Below, piece after piece: positions 57,486-64,000 of a stretch of DNA of 64,000 bases. The notes beneath the pieces were generated by a model. That model did not search any database and was not told where the DNA came from. It saw nothing but the letters and a program-made list of their open reading frames with translations. Position numbers and translations under genes: made by a program. The stretch comes from a virus, in the IMG/VR virus record IMGVR_UViG_3300019850_000208, positions 1 to 64,000 of that record. The stretch is one strand, 5' to 3'. How positions within the stretch are numbered: the stretch's first letter is position 1; each line of letters starts with the position of its first letter.

Positions 57486-59816
57486 TCAGTCTGTAGAGTG
57501 TCCTCCTTCGCACCATCTCGTATAGTAAGGAGTTAAATTGATTACTGAGATGTTGCCTCCATTTGAGTCCAGAGAGCCATCTCTTTCAATTCCTATCCAA
57601 AGCATGTCGCCAGTGCCGCCACTTCTTCTGGAAATCATGTCGCGTATATTAATTTGGATATTTACTGTAACTTGGGTCTCTGATAATGGGACATCGACTA
57701 TTTTTGTGATAGAAACTTCTGATGGAGCCGTTGCCGGGGCGGCAGAAGTGCTAGTATACACACCATCTCCGTCAGCTGTTTTTGCTATCTTGGCCACCCA
57801 TCTTACAGTTCCGCCCGCAGACGATGATATAAATCGTAAGCTTAAATTAATAGGACAGCTTGTATCTAAATCAAATGGCAGATTGGTTACAAATCCGACT
57901 TTGTCTAGTGCACCTTTAGAGAATGAATTTTCAATTCGTCCTACGCTCAAGTCATCAGACACATAAAGTTCTTGATTATCTGGACTGTTTTGACCAGCCG
58001 CCTCTGTGAGACCCCAATCCCAGGCTAATCTACCTACAGGCCTGGCATTTCCAAAATACTCTATCCAACCATCCCCATTTACTTTTGCTCTATTTGTATG
58101 TATTTTAATATATTGAATTGTGGCGCCGGTAGTAATAGCAGATACAACTCTGAATCTTAACCAGTATGTGCTGTTTCCAGTGCCAAGAGGGTTGTTTTTT
58201 TGCCAATTGTGATTTGATTCATAATTACTGAATCTTATATTCGATAGACCAGTAGTTTCAAAACTATGACCATCGGAAGGAAAATATGCCGGCTCTGCCT
58301 GAGTGACCATTTCATTGATGTTTGCCCAACTGCTTCCATTCCAGTATTCCCATATAGCGTATCCACCTCCATTGACTAAAGCGCTGGACACATCAGTATA
58401 AATTCCAAAAAATTTGGAGTAATCGGATGTTGTTGAATTGATTAAATCCCATGTAATATAGATTGCGTCATCAACATCGGTTCCCATTGTAAATGTTGAA
58501 CCGCTCGGGCTGGCAGCTATAATAGTCATATCAGTGAATGCGGCATTGTCGTAATTATATATCCTCATGCCTCTGACTGTCGGGAATCCTTCCCCTAGAC
58601 ATGTATCATATCCCTTTTCAGCTATCCCTACATTTAATGTCTTCGCAAAGTGATGTCCTGGATTGTCCTCTTGAAGACTAACAAAATCGACAGTTATGTT
58701 GCTCCAGTCGACTACACTAATTTTTCTCACATCAAGAGTGCTGCTTGTTAATGCGACAATTCCAGTACTGTCTTCTTGAAAGATATCATAAGTTGAAATA
58801 TTACCAGAAAATACATTGTCACCTTTAATTTCTCCATTTGTTCTCGCTCTAATTGTGTAAGTGGCAGTTTTCACACCAATATCGGCGCATGAAATGCTAC
58901 CTCCATTTTCAGCAAATAATCCGTTAGTTGTATTACTCATTATAATGGATTGACCAGATTGAATTACCACATTGGCTCCATCTGCGTGAAAAACAGATGT
59001 AATATTAGAAGTCATTGATGCTACAACATGCACAGTGGCCATAGCACCAGCTGTAACATATACCAAATTGGAAATTACATTTGCACCGGTGGTTGAACCC
59101 TCCAGTTCTGAACAGTTTACAGCCGCATATGCGTTGCTGACTATTATACCATTCTGGCAATTCTTAATTTTAATATCAACTATGTTAGCATATCCAGGAG
59201 TATTCATCAGAAACCCGGCCGCACCTGTTGCTCCTTCTAATGTAAAGTATCTCAAAGAAGAAGCATTAATTCCATTAATAAGATCTTGATTCGTATTAAG
59301 AGCTTTTATTGTATTGGCTATTGTTCCTCCAGAGCCTCTTAAACTAACATATGATTTTAAATTTACAGGATTGTCCTCTGTATATATTCCAGGGGATACT
59401 ATGATAGTATATGGATTTATAGAACTCGCATCGGTAATGGTTGATAAAGCATGTTTAATTGTGGCGTAAGGCCTGCTTACTGTGCCATTGCCGGTAATAT
59501 CGCTGCCCTCTATGGTAACATATACTATTTTTGGGAGGCTCGCTGCTAATGTTATATTGACCCATGTGGCGCCATCCCACACATACATATTACTCTCATT
59601 AGTATTCCAAAATATTTGGCCTTCTTGTGGCCCGGTTGGAGGCAATAAGTCTTTGGGCAGAATTATTTGACTGTTTGAGAAATCCATAGTGCCTGAAAAA
59701 TCAAATTCTGCATTTTCTAAATATTCAAGGGATATACCGTCGGTAGGATTTTCTGGTGGGGGCATATTGATGATACGACTTGCCCCCTGCAAATCTATAT
59801 TTCCTCGCCATTTCAT
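57486..59816 (-). CDS. Tailspike-like protein with beta-helix domain
   Basis: GQIFWNT..MYVWDGATW; YVTIEGSDITGNGTVSRPYATIKHAL..VSPGIYTE; WEYWNGSSW; YWLRFRV. Confidence 0.75.
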   Translation of the reverse strand: MKWRGNIDLQGASRIINMPPPENPTDGISLEYLENAEFDFSGTMDFSNSQIILPKDLLPPTGPQEGQIFWNTNESNMYVWDGATWVNITLAASLPKIVYVTIEGSDITGNGTVSRPYATIKHALSTITDASSINPYTIIVSPGIYTEDNPVNLKSYVSLRGSGGTIANTIKALNTNQDLINGINASSLRYFTLEGATGAAGFLMNTPGYANIVDIKIKNCQNGIIVSNAYAAVNCSELEGSTTGANVISNLVYVTAGAMATVHVVASMTSNITSVFHADGANVVIQSGQSIIMSNTTNGLFAENGGSISCADIGVKTATYTIRARTNGEIKGDNVFSGNISTYDIFQEDSTGIVALTSSTLDVRKISVVDWSNITVDFVSLQEDNPGHHFAKTLNVGIAEKGYDTCLGEGFPTVRGMRIYNYDNAAFTDMTIIAASPSGSTFTMGTDVDDAIYITWDLINSTTSDYSKFFGIYTDVSSALVNGGGYAIWEYWNGSSWANINEMVTQAEPAYFPSDGHSFETTGLSNIRFSNYESNHNWQKNNPLGTGNSTYWLRFRVVSAITTGATIQYIKIHTNRAKVNGDGWIEYFGNARPVGRLAWDWGLTEAAGQNSPDNQELYVSDDLSVGRIENSFSKGALDKVGFVTNLPFDLDTSCPINLSLRFISSSAGGTVRWVAKIAKTADGDGVYTSTSAAPATAPSEVSITKIVDVPLSETQVTVNIQINIRDMISRRSGGTGDMLWIGIERDGSLDSNGGNISVINLTPYYTRWCEGGHSTD

Positions 59817-59824
59817 AGGGCTTT

Positions 59825-59888
59825 CTCCTGATCGTTAGTAGGAAGGCATTATTCGATCATATATTACGGCCGAAAGCCGCATTGCCTT
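59825..59888 (-). promoter_or_regulatory. Candidate structured 5' leader (pseudoknot / anti-SD switch)
   Basis: AAGGCA/UGCCUU stem, GCGGC/GCCGU hairpin, UGAUCG/CGAUCA pseudoknot abutting AGGAG. Confidence 0.45.
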
Positions 59889-59966
59889 GAAAATATCTTG
59901 TCGTTAAATATTAAAAAGATATTGTTTTTTGCCAAGATAAAGTTAGTATATAGAAGGAGCGAATGA

Positions 59967-60470
59967 GTGTCGACTTCAGGAGCTTTTGGATTTCGAGAGA
60001 ATGGAAAAGAATATTTCAACTATGTGAATTTTGATGCTAATCCAGGCGCATTCATTCCAAACATTAAGTTTTTGGTTTATGCTTTTGGATGGCCAAAGTT
60101 CAAACAAGAGATGCAAAAGGTTAAGTGCTATAGGTCGATTTGTTTTGTCGGTGCCATTATTGACTATATAGGTCAAGGTTCCGATCGAAAATTAAAACTG
60201 CATCTGCCTGAATTTTGGCGTCAATTAAGGCTTATAAAGCAGCGCAAACTCGGAGAATATTCGCCGCAATCAGACTATTGTAAATCATTGCCTGGGTCCT
60301 TGAAGAAAATGAAGCGTGAAATGGATTTGCAATATATCTATGCAATAAACAAGAATTCAATACGTTATAATGACGTTGTTTATGCTAGACAGGACAAGAC
60401 AGTCCCACTTGCTCCCGATGAAGAAATGAAAAAAACATGGATATTGGGAAGATTACTGGAGTTGGGTTAA
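59967..60470 (+). CDS. Hypothetical protein
   Basis: CAAGATAA (59933-59940) and AAGGAG RBS; MSTSGAFGF..Y..FDANP N-terminus; C-terminus KTWILGRLLELG. Confidence 0.7.
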   Translation: MSTSGAFGFRENGKEYFNYVNFDANPGAFIPNIKFLVYAFGWPKFKQEMQKVKCYRSICFVGAIIDYIGQGSDRKLKLHLPEFWRQLRLIKQRKLGEYSPQSDYCKSLPGSLKKMKREMDLQYIYAINKNSIRYNDVVYARQDKTVPLAPDEEMKKTWILGRLLELG

Positions 60471-60498
60471 ATATCCGGCCAGCATTTGGTTACGAAAG

Positions 60499-60675
60499 TT
60501 ATTTTTTCTTGAATATTTTTTTTACAAAAGCAAATGCCTTTTTTATTCCTGCGATAATCTTATTGCCGAGTGTTACAAATTGCTGTGGATTAAGTTTTCC
60601 TGTTGCGAACAATACAGAAATAACACCGACAACAATGGCAATACCTATAATTTTCCAAATTAACCATGCAATCAT
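60499..60675 (-). CDS. 58-aa membrane peptide with cationic amphipathic tail (not in ORF track)
   Basis: MIAWLIWKIIGIAIVVGVISVLFATGKLNPQQFVTLGNKIIAGIKKAFAFVKKIFKKK*; AAGGAGAG RBS. Confidence 0.7.
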   Translation of the reverse strand: MIAWLIWKIIGIAIVVGVISVLFATGKLNPQQFVTLGNKIIAGIKKAFAFVKKIFKKK

Positions 60676-60688
60676 AGTTTCTCTCCTT

Positions 60689-61003
60689 TTAAGCTACTAC
60701 AACAATTTTTCCATCAAACATTGAGCCACCAACTTGTCTAGCCCACACTCTTGCTGTTGCTCTGTCTAAATTACCGGAGTCAAAGAACACTCTTATTCTT
60801 TCAGGAAATATTTCATCAAAATCATTTGCGGCGTTTTCTTCATATAATCCAACCAAGGCATTAGTTGTGTGTAATACCAAGCTAACCTCATACACGAAAT
60901 CAATGTAGTAGAGACTGCCATTATCATGGATCCAATCGGAAGCTGTGAATGATAGTGTAGCTTTATTACCGCCTGTTAGTCTTTTTGTAAATGCTATATT
61001 CAT
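60689..61003 (-). CDS. Putative structural protein
   Basis: FTASDW...FDGKIVVVA; ATGA coupling. Confidence 0.65.
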   Translation of the reverse strand: MNIAFTKRLTGGNKATLSFTASDWIHDNGSLYYIDFVYEVSLVLHTTNALVGLYEENAANDFDEIFPERIRVFFDSGNLDRATARVWARQVGGSMFDGKIVVVA

Positions 61004-61401
61004 GGCGTCGCATACTCATTTTTCGAAGTTAGTGTTATTTTAACTGTAATATCTTCTGAACTCATATTTTTAATATATATTTTCCTAAATTTGAAATTAC
61101 TTAGCGCTAAATTAATTTCATTAGGAAATAATGGTATCTTATCATATTTATTCGGATTATGGAACTGTACATAAATTGGTTCCAGCCGATCAACAGATGA
61201 ATCTGTTCTTATATTGACATTTTCCCACATTATATTAGTATCAGCATACAAATTAGTAAATACATCATATAAAGATTGCGGGTGCACCGTGAATTCGTAG
61301 CTGTGATATACATTCCCAAATTCCACGCCCCTGACAACTGCGAATGGAACCTCTTTTTTGATAAATAAAACACCAGCATTATCATCAACCCATAAAATCA
61401 T
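61000..61401 (-). CDS. Hypothetical protein
   Basis: TAATG coupling; FRKIYIKN. Confidence 0.65.
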   Translation of the reverse strand: MILWVDDNAGVLFIKKEVPFAVVRGVEFGNVYHSYEFTVHPQSLYDVFTNLYADTNIMWENVNIRTDSSVDRLEPIYVQFHNPNKYDKIPLFPNEINLALSNFKFRKIYIKNMSSEDITVKITLTSKNEYATP

Positions 61402-62180
61402 TATACAATCCTTCTGCCTCCGTTAGCAAGATCATATTGTCTCCATAGTGTTGTTTTATCCTCTTTATATATATTAATTATATTTCCATCTTTTGTTACA
61501 TCATTTGCCAATAGTCTTTCTATTATCTGTACCCACTCCCCCATTGTACCTATCTGTAGGTGTCCAGACTTAAGAGCATTCCAAACAGAGTTTGCTACCT
61601 CATCATAATCAATAGCAGAATCTACTATTTGCTGGAATAAAGCGCCAAAGGAGCCGGAGTTATCATGTTCATCAACTTGTTCGTCATAGACCTGATCGGC
61701 AATTTCCTCTTTGCTGGCGGTTTTATTCTGTAAATAGCCCATAGTGCCAGGCGCATTATGGGTTGGCCCGGCCGCATCCCATACCTGTGTGCCCACAGAC
61801 GTAATGGCAATAGCGATGGCATCAATAGATCTTTGGATAATAACATTAACTGTATAATCTCCCAATGTCGGAACAGCTAAAGGCTCTGGCGGGTCTTCAT
61901 TAGAATATAAATTTCCTTGCAGCAGAAGCTCATGATCGGCTTCATAGGGACGAATTCTCCATCCACTTTTAAGAAAGTATTTAGAGCCGGAATATTTTCC
62001 TTCACCAATAGCATCGCCGCCAGTAGTTCGCCACGGAAATTCATATTTACGTAATTCCGAATCTGCCAGCCAGTCTTCTTTCATATCAGAGTAAAGATCT
62101 ACTTTGACATCTAAAGACGTGATCCCACTCTTTACTATAATAAGTTTATTCACCGGATCTATTGTTATTTTCGCTGCCAT
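61401..62180 (-). CDS. Putative virion structural protein
   Basis: ITIDPVNKLI..DLYSDMKEDW..TGGD..YFLKSGWRIRP N-domain plus V[WY]D..H..GT[MF]G repeats. Confidence 0.7.
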   Translation of the reverse strand: MAAKITIDPVNKLIIVKSGITSLDVKVDLYSDMKEDWLADSELRKYEFPWRTTGGDAIGEGKYSGSKYFLKSGWRIRPYEADHELLLQGNLYSNEDPPEPLAVPTLGDYTVNVIIQRSIDAIAIAITSVGTQVWDAAGPTHNAPGTMGYLQNKTASKEEIADQVYDEQVDEHDNSGSFGALFQQIVDSAIDYDEVANSVWNALKSGHLQIGTMGEWVQIIERLLANDVTKDGNIINIYKEDKTTLWRQYDLANGGRRIV

Positions 62181-62463
62181 TATTCTTCAGCTCCGTTGCT
62201 GGTAATGGTGATACATTTCTTTTCAGTTTTGCTTCCCATTGTTCCCATACACTAAAGTATCGTTCAACCACTACTAATGGTTGAGTAAGAGATACATCCC
62301 ATGATTTCGCGAATTCGCGCCAACCTCGGAACTCCTCCTGGTGTTCCATACACCTCTTGAGACCTCTGGGAGCACCTTTAGAACTAGTGCCATCATTAAT
62401 CTCGGTCTGAAATCTAAAACACCAATAGCGTACATCTCTCCTGGAAAGATCTGATAACACCAT
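62146..62463 (-). CDS. Hypothetical protein
   Basis: AAGGAG RBS; FRGWREFAKSWDV. Confidence 0.6.
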   Translation of the reverse strand: MVLSDLSRRDVRYWCFRFQTEINDGTSSKGAPRGLKRCMEHQEEFRGWREFAKSWDVSLTQPLVVVERYFSVWEQWEAKLKRNVSPLPATELKNNGSENNNRSGE

Positions 62464-62478
62464 ATTATTATCTCCTTA

Positions 62479-63999
62479 TTATGCTGGGTTAGCATAGTTA
62501 CGTTCATCAGGCGCATTAACCGGGAATGTTAACCCAGTTGCTCTTGTGATCGTAAATTCTGCCTCAACCCACTCAGAACTACCTAAACCCATTGCGATGA
62601 CTACAACATCGGCATCGGTACCAGACGATCTGCCACCCTGCACATTTGTATCATAATCAAAGCTGAATGTAATGTTTTGCTGTGATACCTGGCCAGTAAT
62701 GTCAAGACTATCACCATCATCTACAATAATGGCATTAGTTGTATCATACTGATTACCATTAGCATTTTTAAAGAACATTGTGTAAACTGTATTAGCATTA
62801 GTTTCATTAACAAGATTAGATGAGAATACTAGAGTGCCAGCAGAAACAAATGGAAATGTTCTTTTTGTGCTTGTTGCAGGTACAGATTCAGTATCTAAGC
62901 CACCACCATCAGCTGTGATGTCAAAAAACTCAATTCTGTTCTGGTCGTTGACGTTAAAATCATCAACATAGACGCCAGGTTGAGTTTGTAGTGTGTCACC
63001 TAAGAAGCCTAATAATAATACAGCAACATTGCCATTGACAGTACCAAAGTTATCGCCATTGTCATTAGAGTTTATATTTGAATTTTTTCTGAGCTGCCTC
63101 TCAGCCCATTCGTAAATCTGTTCAGCTGTGGGGTTGGTGCCTGTACCGGTATTCGCATCAATTATTCTATTGAATGCATACCAATTAGTACCAATCTGTC
63201 GCTCGCCAGGATATCTCTCCCAATTAGCTGTTGGAGTTGTTGGCTCTTCACTGTTAGAATCTGTAAGAGATCTCCACCATCTACCGCCGTTTGTGACTAC
63301 ATCATCTGTGTCATAGGAACCAGCCGCCCAGCTTGTAAAACCGGAGCCATTAAGGAAATCAAGCGACATAGTCGTATAAGGTGTTGTAGTATCAATATCG
63401 TTGTCGGTATGAGTTACCTTAATGTCTGTAGCATTGGCAAGAGGCAATCTATACACAGCATAATCAAGAGCTGATAAATCCTGATCAACAAGAAGATTAG
63501 TTTCTGAATATAACTTAGCCTCTTCGCGAAGATATACTTTTAGGAAACCAGTGTAATCATTTGTGCCATCATAGATTCGAATTGCCTCATTGAGCTCGCC
63601 TGTTTTATCAAAATTAACAACGGATTGATCGAAACCAGTGATTTGCTGATAGTATGCTTGATCACTATTCGGATCATTCATATCACCCAATGATATAATG
63701 CCAGCATATTCGTCATCATTCAAGATCTCATGCCAGCCACCATCACGGATTAAATTTCTAGTTTGCTGATCGGCCCAGTCCCAGTTATTGATAACATCCA
63801 TTTTTGCCTCAGTAATTGCCTTGAGCGGAAACTTAAATTTGTTATAACTCGGATTAGATTGCCAGACTTCTTTCAAGAATGAATATATCGCTTGAAGGGT
63901 AACGCCTGAGGTTTTACCCGGGCTATTATCATCTAAGTTACCTGCTCCAAGTAGCTGAATTGTTTTTGCATTAGCATCAACAACAATCTCTGTAGCTAA
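62479..63999 (-). CDS. Putative virion structural protein, 5'-truncated by window edge
   Basis: Frame is open to the window end (LATEIVVDANAKTIQL...GVTLQAIYSFLKEVW); N-domain paralogous to 61401..62180; CBM5/12-like W..GSY...DVV..GGRWW insert. Confidence 0.75.
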   Translation of the reverse strand, partial: LATEIVVDANAKTIQLLGAGNLDDNSPGKTSGVTLQAIYSFLKEVWQSNPSYNKFKFPLKAITEAKMDVINNWDWADQQTRNLIRDGGWHEILNDDEYAGIISLGDMNDPNSDQAYYQQITGFDQSVVNFDKTGELNEAIRIYDGTNDYTGFLKVYLREEAKLYSETNLLVDQDLSALDYAVYRLPLANATDIKVTHTDNDIDTTTPYTTMSLDFLNGSGFTSWAAGSYDTDDVVTNGGRWWRSLTDSNSEEPTTPTANWERYPGERQIGTNWYAFNRIIDANTGTGTNPTAEQIYEWAERQLRKNSNINSNDNGDNFGTVNGNVAVLLLGFLGDTLQTQPGVYVDDFNVNDQNRIEFFDITADGGGLDTESVPATSTKRTFPFVSAGTLVFSSNLVNETNANTVYTMFFKNANGNQYDTTNAIIVDDGDSLDITGQVSQQNITFSFDYDTNVQGGRSSGTDADVVVIAMGLGSSEWVEAEFTITRATGLTFPVNAPDERNYANPA

Positions 64000-64000
64000 A

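Noticed and set aside
59825-59880. Hammerhead ribozyme on the plus strand (CTGAT...CGAAA)
   Set aside because: Core reads CUGAUCG rather than CUGAnGA, and the three-stem junction cannot be formed
1-64000. Stop-codon reassignment, as in some large phages
   Set aside because: Genes are long and densely tiled in the standard code, and TAA, TAG and TGA all end coupled genes
1-64000. tRNA/rRNA genes, introns or inteins
   Set aside because: No cloverleaf or T-loop signature seen in the few intergenic gaps; RtcB, CysC and NeuB are uninterrupted. A tRNAscan/Infernal run would be decisive

Overview
This 64-kb window looks like part of a large, AT-rich, T4-superfamily-like (jumbo) tailed-phage genome read in the standard code. 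I found no rRNA, tRNA, CRISPR array, integrase or reverse transcriptase. Layout: (1) 1-8.3 kb, accessory/early genes (MORN-repeat proteins, sulfotransferase, radical SAM, an M23 peptidase plus a degenerate SLT-like protein, RtcB, SLOG) with sigma70-type promoters; (2) 8.4-16.2 kb, late genes (gp13-like neck protein, Pol-beta-type nucleotidyltransferase, probable internal head proteins, small ORFs, a fibre); (3) 16.2-28.1 kb, a ~12-kb glycosylation/sulfation/nonulosonic-acid cluster (glycosyltransferases, two Maf-like proteins, methyltransferases, radical SAM, sulfotransferase, CysC, an HxGH nucleotidyltransferase, NeuB); (4) 28.1-30.7 kb, a lysis cassette (M15 endolysin, holin-like genes); (5) 30.7-64 kb, many modular fibre/spike genes including a 2901-aa repeat protein, interrupted by a Hef-like endonuclease. 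Best novelty candidates: a virion sulfo-/sialo-glycosylation pathway; ~10 otherwise mostly unrelated small proteins sharing a terminal K-x-x-h-h-x-x-h-F-[ED] helix; seven fibres sharing an N-terminal docking-like peptide, with DNA signs of tip exchange; a pseudoknot/anti-SD switch-like leader; and an anti-SD small-RNA candidate. All calls come from reading motifs by eye; no searches were run.
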